From the NCBI GenBank assembly GCA_035702905.1, contig DASSZG010000051.1, forward strand, positions 1-38,659: 38,659 nucleotides of DNA, given 5' to 3'. Shown here piece after piece: positions 1 through 9,737 of this stretch. The stretch's first letter is position 1, and each line of letters begins with the position of its first letter. Under the pieces are notes generated by a model that was not told the DNA's origin, made no database searches, and saw nothing but the letters and a program-made list of their open reading frames with translations. Origin of the DNA: Candidatus Saccharimonadales bacterium (GTDB lineage Bacteria > Patescibacteriota > Saccharimonadia > Saccharimonadales > UBA4665). A program made the position numbers and the translations under genes.

Positions 1-54
1 ACTATCTATGACAGCTACTAAATTTGTTATATGATGAGCACGTAAAAGACGCAT
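1..54 (-). CDS. 5' end of a CDS running off the left edge (first 18 codons, MRLLRAHHITNLVAVIDS); product unknown
   Basis: ATG at 54-52 lies 6 nt downstream of AAGGAGA (complement of 61-67). The frame stays open to position 1. Confidence 0.35.
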   Translation of the reverse strand, partial: MRLLRAHHITNLVAVIDS

Positions 55-110
55 ATCTTTTCTCCTTGTTTGTTTTAATAGGTGAACAAGGAACAGGATA
101 GCGTCTTTTA
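43..110 (-). promoter_or_regulatory. Long imperfect hairpin/palindrome covering the RBS and start codon of the edge gene
   Basis: TAAAAGACGC (43-52) pairs perfectly with GCGTCTTTTA (101-110). CCTTGTT (64-70) pairs with AACAAGG (85-91). Extra pairs lie between, and the loop is 14 nt. On the minus-strand RNA the 3' arm contains AAGGAGA and AUG. Confidence 0.4.
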
Positions 111-224
111 TCTTACTTGGGTAGGGTTTTGAGAGTCAGGTTCTAACACCTTATTGCCTAATACCTTACAGCCCATAGCGAGATAGGCTTATAAGATTGA
201 TTAGTAATGAACTCAGGAGGATTT

Positions 225-983
225 ATGAGGAATATAAGTGGTAAGCACATAGCAGTCCTAGTAGACAATTACTTCGAGCAGGCGGAATATGAAGAACCGA
301 TCAGAACACTAGCTGATGCCGGGGCTGACGTGACGGTAATAGCTACTAAGGATAAGCATCTGCAAGGGCTAAATCACGCCGACAAAGGCGATGAATTCGA
401 AGCAGATTTGTTACTCGAACAAGCTGACTGGATCGACTATGATGCCCTAGTTCTACCCGGTGGTGCCATCAACGCCGATAGCTTAAGAGTTAATGAAGAA
501 GTCAAACAATGGACATCTGAATTCTTAGATAGCGGCAAGCCGGTTGCAGTAATTTGCCACTCACCGTGGATATTAGTGTCGGCCGATCTGGTTGATGGGC
601 GCAAGCTGACCAGTTACCATACCATCCGCGATGACATAATGAATGCCGGGGGCGATTGGGTAGATATGCCTGTCGTAATTGACGATAACTTAATCACCAG
701 CCGCCAGCCCGATGATATACCATTATTTACAGAAACAATCATGACTATGTTGGAGGATCAGCCGGAAAGTGCGGTTGAGCAAGGTGCCGATACGATTATT
801 GCACCGACCGAAACAGCCAATGAGGCAGATAGTCGCATCCATTCTCTAGGTTATGATACTAAAAGAGACGACCTTAGCAGACAGGATAAATCTGACCTCT
901 TAAGCGACCAAGAACTTGATGACCCGGATGAACTGCAACCCAGTAGCCTAGGACCCAGTGAAGAAAAAACCGATACGTATTAA
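225..983 (+). CDS. DJ-1/PfpI family intracellular protease/amidase with a roughly 80-aa acidic C-terminal tail
   Basis: PfpI-type core with the nucleophile elbow AVICHSPWIL and PGG motif. GGAGG at 215-219 favours the ATG at 225 over the ATG at 207. Confidence 0.85.
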   Translation: MRNISGKHIAVLVDNYFEQAEYEEPIRTLADAGADVTVIATKDKHLQGLNHADKGDEFEADLLLEQADWIDYDALVLPGGAINADSLRVNEEVKQWTSEFLDSGKPVAVICHSPWILVSADLVDGRKLTSYHTIRDDIMNAGGDWVDMPVVIDDNLITSRQPDDIPLFTETIMTMLEDQPESAVEQGADTIIAPTETANEADSRIHSLGYDTKRDDLSRQDKSDLLSDQELDDPDELQPSSLGPSEEKTDTY

Positions 984-1031
984 ATTAGTTGGTTGAGAAT
1001 CAGGAAAGCCTCACAGAAAGGATAAAAACAA

Positions 1032-1187
1032 ATGCCAAAATACGATAGAACTGCCTCAAATGATGTTCGTCAGGCTATGCATGAGCATAAGCATGAAGGT
1101 AAATATAAAAGCGATGAGCAAGCGATTGCAGTCGGCTTAAGTAAGGCAAGATCTAAGGGCAAGAAAGTTCCTAAAACCGATAATTAA
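1032..1187 (+). CDS. Small 51-aa protein, DUF6496-like (not in the ORF track)
   Basis: Translates to MPKYDRTASNDVRQAMHEHKHEGKYKSDEQAIAVGLSKARSKGKKVPKTDN. The QAIAxGLSKAR..G.K.P tail matches my recollection of that small-protein family. Its TAA stop at 1185-1187 overlaps the stop of the convergent gene. Confidence 0.5.
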   Translation: MPKYDRTASNDVRQAMHEHKHEGKYKSDEQAIAVGLSKARSKGKKVPKTDN

Positions 1188-1486
1188 TCGACGACTTGAA
1201 CATCACGCCAGAAGGCAACGTAATTAGAAAAGTCGTGTTTAACTATGTCTATCGCCGATGGTTTAGGCTCAGGGTAAGACCAGGCATTATCTTTTGACCA
1301 ATTTTCTCCCTCACCGACATCAAAGTACTGACAGACACCCTTCCAAGGACAAGTGTATGGCGTGTCACTCTTTCTTAAAAACTCAGTATTAACTTTATCT
1401 GGGGGAAAATACCAATTTCTTTCAATGAAAACTAGTTCATCCCGGTCTGCTTCTGCTATAACTTTGTCGTTCCAAATTGCTTTCAT
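1184..1486 (-). CDS. DUF427 domain protein
   Basis: 100 aa. The pattern MKAIWNDKVIAE...ERNWYFP...YTCPWKG..QYFDV is typical of DUF427. Confidence 0.8.
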   Translation of the reverse strand: MKAIWNDKVIAEADRDELVFIERNWYFPPDKVNTEFLRKSDTPYTCPWKGVCQYFDVGEGENWSKDNAWSYPEPKPSAIDIVKHDFSNYVAFWRDVQVVD

Positions 1487-1509
1487 ATATACCTATTATA
1501 CTTTATTTG

Positions 1510-2241
1510 TTATTGATTAAGGTAGGCTTTGGTATCGGCTATAAGTTGTTTAGCGACCTTTCGAGCGGCTGCTTGTTCTTCAGTTGATATAACTTGCCCG
1601 TGGGCGATGTCATCGACTTTTGTGGCAGTTTTAACGAATGTATCGTTGACGATAAAGCAGTAAAAGTTGCGGTCCAATGCGATACTGACTTCATTAATGG
1701 CACTCTCTAGCCGCCGTCTGGTTTCGTCTTCCGGTAGCGTGCCTCGAGCATTCATCCTAACCATCCATTCATCAAAGCTAGGAGGTAATATGAAAAGAAA
1801 GATGACTTCCGGTGCTACTTTATGAATATTATCTGCACCTACCACTTCAATCTCATCGATGGCAATTTTTCGTTCATCGGCGGCTGCTTGCAGTTCCCTG
1901 ATACTAATGCCGGAAACCTGTTGGTTATGAATTATTGCGGCCTCTAGAAACTTACCCGCTTTTAAATCGTCAAGTATCTCGTCTTCGGTCCTAAACCAAT
2001 ATTCACGGCCATTTTGTTCCAATACGCCGTTATTTTCGCGTGGTTGCCTAGTAGTATCGGATATAACGTAGTGGTAACTACCGGACTTTAGCAACTCGTT
2101 AATAATAGAGTTGCGGCCGCTTGATGAAGGACCGACCAACATAACTAATTCGATTTGTTCTAAGGCAGATTTCGCCGCTTCGGGTAACTGGTAGTCTGAC
2201 AGCACTTTCCGAAACTCGTCTATTTGTTTTAATTCGTTCAT
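1510..2241 (-). CDS. gmk: Guanylate kinase-like protein with an atypical P-loop
   Basis: DTTRQPRE, FILPPS and FIVND motifs are collinear with Gmk. The P-loop reads GPSSSGRNS, with Arg in place of the invariant Lys. There is an N-terminal extension of about 30 aa. Confidence 0.7.
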   Translation of the reverse strand: MNELKQIDEFRKVLSDYQLPEAAKSALEQIELVMLVGPSSSGRNSIINELLKSGSYHYVISDTTRQPRENNGVLEQNGREYWFRTEDEILDDLKAGKFLEAAIIHNQQVSGISIRELQAAADERKIAIDEIEVVGADNIHKVAPEVIFLFILPPSFDEWMVRMNARGTLPEDETRRRLESAINEVSIALDRNFYCFIVNDTFVKTATKVDDIAHGQVISTEEQAAARKVAKQLIADTKAYLNQ

Positions 2242-2277
2242 TGTCTATTTATAACAGATTTGCCCCTGTTAAGCTAA

Positions 2278-4056
2278 TTAATCTCGCTTAAGCATAACCG
2301 TGAAGGCTTCACTAGGAATATCTACTTTACCGAATCTTTTCAACCTTTTTTTACCTTTTGCCTGTTTGGCTAGTACTTTTTTCTTACGTGATACATCACC
2401 GCCATACAGACCACTAGTAACATCTTTACGATAGGCACTCAGGTCTTCTCTGGCTATAAACTTACCGCCAATAGCCGCTTGTAGAGCAACTTTGAAGTTT
2501 TGGCGCGGGATTATGTCTTTTAGTTTGCCTACAACTTCACGTCCTAGAGAGTTAGCCTCACTTCTATGAACCATCAACGACAATGCGCCGACCATTTCCC
2601 CTGCTACATAAAAATCGACTCGTACTAAATCCTCTACACGATAGTCTTTTAGCTCATAATTAAATGAGCCGTAACCGCTAGTCAAACTTTTAAGTTGATC
2701 GTAGAAATCGGTCAGTAAATTAGCTAGCGGAGCTTCAAAGCTAATCAGGGCCCTAGTGCTGGCGTAGCTAAGATTCTTTTGAGTTCCCCGTTTCGAGGAA
2801 ATAAGTTGAATAACCGGTCCAACATATTCCTGAGGAACTATTATTTCACCTTCTATCCATGGTTCCTTGATTTCTCTAATGAGTGTCGGATCGGGTAAGT
2901 CGGTCGCGCTTTTAATATCGATTTCTTCGCCAGTGTTAAGACGTACTTTATAGTCGGTAGAAGGATTGGTAACAACTAGGCTTAGGTCGTATTCTCTTTC
3001 TAGCCTTTCACGGACTATATCCATGTGCAGTAGACCGAGAAAGCCAATCCGCACACCAAAGCCTAGTACAGGGGAATTTTCCGGTTGGAACTGAATAGCT
3101 GAATCACTTAGCGATAGTTTTTCGATGGCGTCTTTAAGCTCCTGGTAGTCCTCATTACTCTCAGGAAAAAAGCCAGCGTAAACAAATGGCTTAACATCTT
3201 TATAACCTGGCAATGGATTAGTTGCCGGCTTAGATAATAGTGTTAAGGTATCACCAACCTTAGCTTCACGAGTGGATTTAAGATTAGTTACTATGTAGCC
3301 GATCTCGCCTTGCGCGAGTTTATTATTTGGTTTCATACCCGGATTCAAAAAGCCTACCTCCAAAGCAATGCCTTCGGCCGTGGTAGACATAATTTTGAAA
3401 TTGTCGGACTTATTAACCTCACCGTTAAAGATTCTGACATAGAGAATAACTCCCCGATAGTCATCATAGTAACTATCAAAGATTAAAGCTCTGGTTTCCG
3501 GCTCATTTGTCTCTTTTGGAGGCGGTAAACGATCAATAATTGCATCAAGTATTTTATCGACACCCTCGCCGGTTTTAGCTGATGCCAGTAGTATATCTTC
3601 CTTTGCACAACCGAGCAGACTAATTATCTCTTCGGCACATTTATCGACATCCGATGCCGGCAAATCAATCTTATTAAGGATCGGGATAATAGTTAAGTCC
3701 GCTTGCATGGCTAAATAGACATTGGATACAGTTTGGGCTTGGATTCCTTGAGTAGCATCTACTACCAATAACGCTCCTTCGCAGGCTTCCAGACTGCGGC
3801 TGACTTCGTAGCTAAAATCCACATGACCCGGTGTATCAATGAGATTTAATTCATGGCCCTTATAAGCCATCCTGACTGGTGCCAGTTTAATGGTGATGCC
3901 CTTTTCGCGCTCTAAATCCATTTTATCCAGTAGTTGGGCTTTCATGTCCCGCTTCTCTACGGTGCCAGTTAATTCCATTAGGCGATCGGCAAGTGTCGAC
4001 TTGCCATGATCAATATGAGCAATAATAGAAAAATTACGGATATGGGTAGTGGTCAT
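2278..4056 (-). CDS. lepA: Translation elongation factor 4 (LepA)
   Basis: IRNFSIIAHIDHGKSTLADR and DTPGHVDF GTPase motifs, plus a LepA-specific C-terminus. Start placed at the ATG giving MTTTHIRNF. The 13-codon track extension looks spurious. Confidence 0.95.
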   Translation of the reverse strand: MTTTHIRNFSIIAHIDHGKSTLADRLMELTGTVEKRDMKAQLLDKMDLEREKGITIKLAPVRMAYKGHELNLIDTPGHVDFSYEVSRSLEACEGALLVVDATQGIQAQTVSNVYLAMQADLTIIPILNKIDLPASDVDKCAEEIISLLGCAKEDILLASAKTGEGVDKILDAIIDRLPPPKETNEPETRALIFDSYYDDYRGVILYVRIFNGEVNKSDNFKIMSTTAEGIALEVGFLNPGMKPNNKLAQGEIGYIVTNLKSTREAKVGDTLTLLSKPATNPLPGYKDVKPFVYAGFFPESNEDYQELKDAIEKLSLSDSAIQFQPENSPVLGFGVRIGFLGLLHMDIVRERLEREYDLSLVVTNPSTDYKVRLNTGEEIDIKSATDLPDPTLIREIKEPWIEGEIIVPQEYVGPVIQLISSKRGTQKNLSYASTRALISFEAPLANLLTDFYDQLKSLTSGYGSFNYELKDYRVEDLVRVDFYVAGEMVGALSLMVHRSEANSLGREVVGKLKDIIPRQNFKVALQAAIGGKFIAREDLSAYRKDVTSGLYGGDVSRKKKVLAKQAKGKKRLKRFGKVDIPSEAFTVMLKRD

Positions 4057-4098
4057 CGTTAACCCTATTATAACAGAATTAACAGAGGTAAGCAAAAG

Positions 4099-5703
4099 CT
4101 ATAAATCAACTTTTACCGGGCTGAGAGCTATCCGTTTGATTCGACTGAGAACCGGTCTAACTTCATCAAGATCAAATAGCGCCGAGACAGCTAAATGAAC
4201 TACGAAAGTGACGGCCGTTATAAAGAACAGCTTGCTACCGAGCGTAAATATTCCCCGGTCGTTTAGACCCAATGGATAGAGAGAAATCATGATAAAGCTG
4301 GCTACTACGCTAAATCCGGTAACTGAGGCGATTCGCCAAACGCCACTCCAAAACTCCGTATCGAATAGTTTAGGATCTCGGTAAAGCATGATTGAAACCA
4401 AAATAAACACTTCCACTAACGCAACAATTGATTGAGCCATAGCTAGTCCTTCTACTCCGTAAGTCTGTGGTCTGGCTAGTGTTATGGCTAGAATTACATT
4501 CAGGCCAATCGTAAATATAGATACAAACATTGGTGTTTTAGTATCTTTCTGCGCATAAAACCACCGAGAAATAATGGAGTAAAGAATTCTGAAGAAAATG
4601 GCGAGCGTTAAATACCCAAAAATGGCCGCAATTTGTGGACTTCCGTGGTCGTAGATTAAGCGTGCTAAATAGCCTCGGCAGAAATAGCACAGGACTACTA
4701 GCGGTGCGCTAATCCAGATCATTGCTCTAATCACCATTAAGAAGTCTTTTCTAAATAGATCCGGGCGGCCTCGACTAAGACGGTTATTTAGCCGTGGGAA
4801 AGCGGCTGTCGATATCGCCGTACCGATTAACAGAATCGGGGCGGTAGATAATATAAAGGCGTTGTTATAGTAGGTAATATTACCGCTACCAAGCCCGCTG
4901 GCAACATGGGTCTCTACTATACTTTCGATTTGATCCATTCCCTGGTCGAGCGATCTTGGTGGCAAATTACGAAGTATTAAATGAAACTCGCGGCTTTTCC
5001 ACTGAATCTTTGGTTTGTAACTGTAGCCTAGGCGCCACAGGCCTATAATCACTACGCCAAGCTGTAGAAGGGCGCCGGCCAGTGCTCCTATCCCGAGCCC
5101 AACTAGACCGATATTTCCCTTGAAGACATAGATACTAATAATGATCGAAACGTTGTAAAACAGCGGAGCTATGGCATAAAAAAAGAACCTGCCCATGGCT
5201 TGCTGAGAAGCATTTAAAATGCCAGAAACCATGAAGAGAAAGGGGTTGAATGCAATTAATCTCATAATATTGGCGGCCGTATGCACCTGCGCCGGGGACA
5301 AGCCGGGCGCGACAATGTATTTGATTAGAGGATTCGCAAATACCAATATTATTAGACCGACTATCCCCATCAATATGGCTAGGAAGTTCATTAAACTATT
5401 GGATAATTCCCACATACCGCGCCGGTCATTCTTAGACAAGCGATCAGCCAAAACCGGCATGAAGGCCACACCAAGTGCTCCAGCAGCAATAGTGTAGAAA
5501 AATAGATCAGGTACGTTAAAGGCGGCAAAGTAGGCATCAGTACTGTGAGGACCAGCAGTTGGGAAGTTCGCATTAACTAACTTAGTCCTTAAGAATCCTA
5601 GTAACTGCCCAGCTAGGGAGGTGGCGATGAGCAAAGCCGCCACATTGGAAATGCTGATTCGCGGTTTTCGCTTATTCGGGCTAGCGGTGGGGTTCATTTC
5701 CAC
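4099..5703 (-). CDS. murJ: Lipid II flippase MurJ/MviN family
   Basis: 534 aa and polytopic, with an MviN-type N-terminus (LGFLRTKLVNANFP...DAYFAAFNVPD). The GTG at 5703 abuts the ftsH stop. An ATG at 5697 is the alternative start. Confidence 0.85.
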   Translation of the reverse strand: MEMNPTASPNKRKPRISISNVAALLIATSLAGQLLGFLRTKLVNANFPTAGPHSTDAYFAAFNVPDLFFYTIAAGALGVAFMPVLADRLSKNDRRGMWELSNSLMNFLAILMGIVGLIILVFANPLIKYIVAPGLSPAQVHTAANIMRLIAFNPFLFMVSGILNASQQAMGRFFFYAIAPLFYNVSIIISIYVFKGNIGLVGLGIGALAGALLQLGVVIIGLWRLGYSYKPKIQWKSREFHLILRNLPPRSLDQGMDQIESIVETHVASGLGSGNITYYNNAFILSTAPILLIGTAISTAAFPRLNNRLSRGRPDLFRKDFLMVIRAMIWISAPLVVLCYFCRGYLARLIYDHGSPQIAAIFGYLTLAIFFRILYSIISRWFYAQKDTKTPMFVSIFTIGLNVILAITLARPQTYGVEGLAMAQSIVALVEVFILVSIMLYRDPKLFDTEFWSGVWRIASVTGFSVVASFIMISLYPLGLNDRGIFTLGSKLFFITAVTFVVHLAVSALFDLDEVRPVLSRIKRIALSPVKVDL

Positions 5704-7569
5704 CTAGTATAATGCAGCGGAAGCCGGAAGTTTAGCACCTTTGAGAGTTTCAGCTACTTCATCGGCTTCAACTGTTTCTTTTTCAAGTAATTTATCTTTT
5801 AATGCTTCAAGCTTATCTAGGTTGGCTTTAATTACGGCTCTTGCCCGATTGGCGGCTTCGGTAATTAAACTTTCTACCTCATCGTCAATGGCCTTTGCTG
5901 TCTCGTCAGAATATTCTCTTTCATGGACCAGTCGATCAATCATCATGCCGTCATCGATATGGAAGACTTGGTTTCTAAGCTTATCGCCCATACCCTGGTT
6001 AACGATCATATCTCTAGCCATTTCGGCGGCACTGGGCAGGTCACTGCCTGCGCCTGTCGTAATGTGATCATAGCCGAGGATAATTTCTTCAGCAACACGA
6101 CCGCCTAGGGCTCTCGCTAGGGCATCTTTGAATTGAACGAGACTAGTAAACATCCGATCTTCCGGTGGTATAGACCAAGTAACTCCTCCGGTATTGCCTC
6201 TCGGTATAATAGTTACTTTGTGAACCGGATCAGCATCAGGTAGCACATGACCGACTAAGGCATGCCCCGCTTCATGATAAGCCGTGACCTCTTTATCTTT
6301 GTCAGACATAATGCGACTTTTACGCTCAGGTCCAATAGCTACCCGTTCGAAAGCTTCTGTAACATCATGTTGGGTTATCTGATGGTGGGAATTACGGGCC
6401 GCTATTATAGCTGACTCATTAGCAATATTGGCAAGATCAGCTCCAGAACTCCCGGCTGCTTTTGCCGCCAGTGAATCAAGATCAACATTTTTAGCAATCG
6501 GCTTTTTAGCGTAGTGAACTCTTAAAATTGCTTCACGGTCTTTTCGGTCAGGAAGACCAATATTAACCCGGCGATCGAAACGACCAGGGCGCAGTAGAGC
6601 AGGATCAAGTACATCGGCCCGGTTAGTTGCTGCCAAGACAATTACATTCTGCCCTTGCTCAAATCCATCCATCTCTACTAAGATCTGGTTTAAGGTCTGT
6701 TCCCGCTCATCGTGTCCACCACCCATGCCACTGCCTCGGCGGCGGCCGACAGCATCAATTTCATCGACAAAGATAATGCAGGGCGCGTTCTTTTTTGCTT
6801 TAGCAAATAAGTCACGGACGCGGGAAGCGCCAACACCGACAAACATTTCCACGAATTCTGATCCGGAGATACTGAAGAATGGTACGTTGGCTTCCCCGGC
6901 TACTGCCCTTGCTAGCATTGTTTTACCGGTACCGGGAGGTCCCACAAGTAAAACACCTTTCGGGATACGAGCGCCCATCGAATTAAACTTCTTGGGGAAC
7001 TTCAGAAATTCTACAACTTCTTCTAGGTCTTGTTTGGCTTCTGCAGAACCAGCAATTTCTTTGAAAGTTACTTTATCTTTTTCGTTACCATATAATCGCG
7101 CTCGACTTTTACCGAAACTTAGTGCTTGGTTGCCTTGGCCTTGAGCGCTTCTGAGCATGAAGTATAAAAGAGCACCGATTAGTAGGACCGGCACAATAGA
7201 TTCAGCTAAAGAAAGTATGGTTGAACCGCTGGAGCTGGCGGCTTTATAGGTTACGTCCGACTTGTTTATATTAAAGCCCTGACTCTTTAGGCTGGAGTTC
7301 GGATCGACATAAGTCTTCAATGTGGGATGGTTTTGGCCTTTAGGTGTTATATCGAGCTCATTGCCGCTGACCAGAATCTTGCTGTAATCTCCGGCATTAT
7401 TATTGGCAATAGCTTGAGTAATACTTATTTCGTTTAAATTAGACGGTTGGTCATAGGCCGCAAAAACTATTAATGCAAACAGAACAATTAGAGCAATGAA
7501 GCCAGCATTTTTAGCATGCCGGTTTTTCGGTGATTGCTTACGGTTCTGCCCAGGTAATTTACTATCCAT
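5704..7569 (-). CDS. ftsH: ATP-dependent zinc metalloprotease FtsH
   Basis: Walker A GPPGTGKT, Walker [12 protein letters not shown] region, HEAGHA zinc site and two N-terminal TM segments. Confidence 0.97.
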   Translation of the reverse strand: MDSKLPGQNRKQSPKNRHAKNAGFIALIVLFALIVFAAYDQPSNLNEISITQAIANNNAGDYSKILVSGNELDITPKGQNHPTLKTYVDPNSSLKSQGFNINKSDVTYKAASSSGSTILSLAESIVPVLLIGALLYFMLRSAQGQGNQALSFGKSRARLYGNEKDKVTFKEIAGSAEAKQDLEEVVEFLKFPKKFNSMGARIPKGVLLVGPPGTGKTMLARAVAGEANVPFFSISGSEFVEMFVGVGASRVRDLFAKAKKNAPCIIFVDEIDAVGRRRGSGMGGGHDEREQTLNQILVEMDGFEQGQNVIVLAATNRADVLDPALLRPGRFDRRVNIGLPDRKDREAILRVHYAKKPIAKNVDLDSLAAKAAGSSGADLANIANESAIIAARNSHHQITQHDVTEAFERVAIGPERKSRIMSDKDKEVTAYHEAGHALVGHVLPDADPVHKVTIIPRGNTGGVTWSIPPEDRMFTSLVQFKDALARALGGRVAEEIILGYDHITTGAGSDLPSAAEMARDMIVNQGMGDKLRNQVFHIDDGMMIDRLVHEREYSDETAKAIDDEVESLITEAANRARAVIKANLDKLEALKDKLLEKETVEADEVAETLKGAKLPASAALY

Positions 7570-7604
7570 AAAAGACTATTATACCTTTTTTCCTCTAATT
7601 AAGC

Positions 7605-8501
7605 CTACTTAGATAGACTTAAAGTACTCTTATTAATAATTAAATATGTGCCGCTATAAATTGGAAAGCGTTGTTTTACTCTTGCCACTTTAGCAGATAC
7701 AACTAATCTTTCAAGCGTTAGCTTGTTAAATCCGGCCAAATTATTGTGTCTAAACCAAGCAGCTAAAACTTCTTTGGCGACTGCGTTAGGCAATAAACTA
7801 AACCATAGTTTATCTAGCTGATTATCTGGCTGTTGCTTGATTAGCTTATCGAGTATGTCGTCAAGCTCTAAGTTAAGAATGCTCATATTATTTAATATAG
7901 CGACAAACTTAGACCTGGCTGAATCATTAAGCTTAGGTATAATATTTATTCTTATATAGTTTCTTAAGTATTTTTGGTCGGCATTTGTAGTATCTTCGCG
8001 CCACACTAAATTAGCTTTTCTAGCATAGGAAATAATATCTGCTTTTGAGTAACTAATGAGCGGCCGAAGGCGGTGAGGGTTATTAACAAGCGATGTTAGT
8101 CCCTTTCTTCCGGTTCCCCTAATGATATTAATAATCGCCGTCTCAATTAGATCATCTTCATGATGGGCTGTAACTATGGCTGATGCTTTATAATCCCTTG
8201 CTAAACGATCCAGGAATTCATATCTTTTTACTCTAGCTACTTGTTCGCTTGTAGCTTCTCCAAGACTGAGCTGTGTGAACTCAAAGACAAGATTATGTTT
8301 TTTAGCTACTGTTGCAACTAAATCTTTATCTTGTCCCGAATCAGATCGGATTCCATGATCAACGTGGGCAATTACTAGATTCCAATTATTAGCGTGATGA
8401 GCATCTACTAAAAGATCCAGTAGCACCATTGAGTCAACACCCCCACTGATAGCCACAATATACGTCTTGTCTTTAGGCAGTGAAATCTCCATGGATAACA
8501 T
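7605..8501 (-). CDS. tilS: tRNA(Ile)-lysidine synthase, short form
   Basis: PP-loop SGGVDS near the N-terminus, then HVDHGIR. At 298 aa it lacks the long C-terminal domain of E. coli-type TilS. Confidence 0.9.
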   Translation of the reverse strand: MLSMEISLPKDKTYIVAISGGVDSMVLLDLLVDAHHANNWNLVIAHVDHGIRSDSGQDKDLVATVAKKHNLVFEFTQLSLGEATSEQVARVKRYEFLDRLARDYKASAIVTAHHEDDLIETAIINIIRGTGRKGLTSLVNNPHRLRPLISYSKADIISYARKANLVWREDTTNADQKYLRNYIRINIIPKLNDSARSKFVAILNNMSILNLELDDILDKLIKQQPDNQLDKLWFSLLPNAVAKEVLAAWFRHNNLAGFNKLTLERLVVSAKVARVKQRFPIYSGTYLIINKSTLSLSK

Positions 8502-8556
8502 CCATTGTACAAGGGTTCAGGGTATACTGTGTTTAGAGTAAATAATAAAAACCGAA

Positions 8557-9327
8557 ATGACAAATGATCTAATCCTGTTTCTGATCGGAATTTTCGTCGG
8601 TAGCATGAATGCTATTGCTGGCGGTGGTATGCTACTTGGCTTCCCAGCGATAATAGCTTTTGGACATGTTTCCGCTTTGGTCGCTAACGCAACCGCCAAC
8701 GTGGCAATATTACCTGGCGGTGTTAGCTCGGCGTACGGTTATAAAAATCAGCTGAAGAAAGTACCCAGGAAATACTTTCTACTGCTCATTCCCGCCTTAG
8801 CCGGATCGGCAGTTGGAGCTGTATTACTGCGAGAGACCAAAGCTAACAATTTCGCCAGTTTAGTTCCCTGGCTGTTAATTATTGCTGTCGCTCTGTTTGC
8901 TTTTCAGCCGATTCTATACAAAAGATTGAAAAGCCATATAAGTGGCAAGAAAAAGGGTAATGACACAAAACCTCTCTTAATTATTTCCTTGGGGTTAGTT
9001 CCTTTATCTATCTATGGAGGCTATTTCGGAGCTGGCTTTGGCTTTGTTATGTTAGCCTTTTTAGGTTTCACGGGACTTCATAATTACATTCACCGCATGA
9101 ATGCTGTTAAAAACCTCGTGTCTGTGGCTATCGCCCTGGCCGACATAGTTTTGCTTTATTCATCCCATTTAATAAATTGGCGAATCGGCGTTTTTACTGC
9201 TCTAGGCAGTGCTGTTGGCGGCTATCTAGGCTCAACCTATATACAGAAAGTTTCGTCCCATAGTTTAAGGATTGTGGTGATCGTAATTGGTGTCGGCTCG
9301 GCCCTATTCTTAGGTATTAAAAACTAG
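8557..9327 (+). CDS. TauE/SafE (DUF81) family anion exporter membrane protein
   Basis: 256 aa and polytopic. Repeated G-rich TM motifs (GGGMLLGFP..., GGYFGAGFGF) are typical of TauE/SafE. Confidence 0.8.
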   Translation: MTNDLILFLIGIFVGSMNAIAGGGMLLGFPAIIAFGHVSALVANATANVAILPGGVSSAYGYKNQLKKVPRKYFLLLIPALAGSAVGAVLLRETKANNFASLVPWLLIIAVALFAFQPILYKRLKSHISGKKKGNDTKPLLIISLGLVPLSIYGGYFGAGFGFVMLAFLGFTGLHNYIHRMNAVKNLVSVAIALADIVLLYSSHLINWRIGVFTALGSAVGGYLGSTYIQKVSSHSLRIVVIVIGVGSALFLGIKN

Positions 9328-9344
9328 CTAACAGATGTAATTCA

Positions 9345-9353
9345 TGGTATATT
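9345..9353 (+). promoter_or_regulatory. Extended -10 element TGgTATATT upstream of the tRNA
   Basis: Matches the TGnTAnnnT pattern that recurs before first genes in this window. It lies 24 nt before the tRNA 5' end. Confidence 0.3.
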
Positions 9354-9377
9354 TATTGTCTGAATTCTATTATTCAT

Positions 9378-9454
9378 GGCGGCGTAGCTCAGCTGGTTAG
9401 AGCGCAGGACTCATAAGCCTGAGGTCAGTGGTTCAAGCCCACTCGCCGCTACCA
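9378..9454 (+). tRNA. tRNA-Met (CAU), elongator type
   Basis: 77-nt cloverleaf read by hand: acceptor GGCGGCG/CGCCGCU (G1-U72), D arm GCUC-AGCUGGUUA-GAGC, anticodon loop CUCAUAA, T arm AGUGG-UUCAAGC-CCACU, then ACCA. The D loop resembles E. coli metT. Positions 31:39 are an A-G mismatch. Confidence 0.88.
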
Positions 9455-9728
9455 CAATGCTTATGCTTTTGATATAGGTGCTTTTTTAACTAGTATTATT
9501 AGAATGTTTGCGTACCGAAGATACTGATTGGATGAGAAGAACGACCAGAACGCGTATAGACGAGAGCTTTAGAGAACTTATGTAACCTGGGATACCAGAC
9601 CGCTTTGATGATCCAATATATACTGGAGGTAACGGAAAACGAGCGCTTTCTGATTTAGCAAAATTCTATTGATACTGCTAAGAGACTTCAGCGAATAAAG
9701 TTTGTTTATAGTTTGCTTTTTTAATTAT

Positions 9729-9737
9729 TGCTATAGT
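9729..9737 (+). promoter_or_regulatory. Extended -10 TGcTATAGT, 8 nt before the ATG (leaderless-type)
   Basis: TGcTATAGT-aatgatag-ATG(9746), with no Shine-Dalgarno in between. Confidence 0.45.

Noticed and set aside
4057-4095. N-terminal extensions in the ORF track for lepA (4057-4095), guaB (13868-13879), PAP2 (17092-17100), the membrane gene (27864-27899) and tsaC (30820-30891)
   Set aside because: Most begin at TTG or at weak upstream starts. They remove the SD or -10 context found at the internal ATG, and for tsaC they overlap the preceding gene. Family N-termini match the shorter forms.
5219-7144. Plus-strand ORFs of 60-139 aa (5219-5497, 5741-6067, 5923-6108, 6725-7144) and a minus-strand out-of-frame ORF (5391-5573), all inside murJ and ftsH
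   Set aside because: They lie within genes that have unmistakable family motifs on the minus strand. Their translations are low-complexity (Ser/Pro/Arg/Ile-rich) and have no RBS or promoter context.
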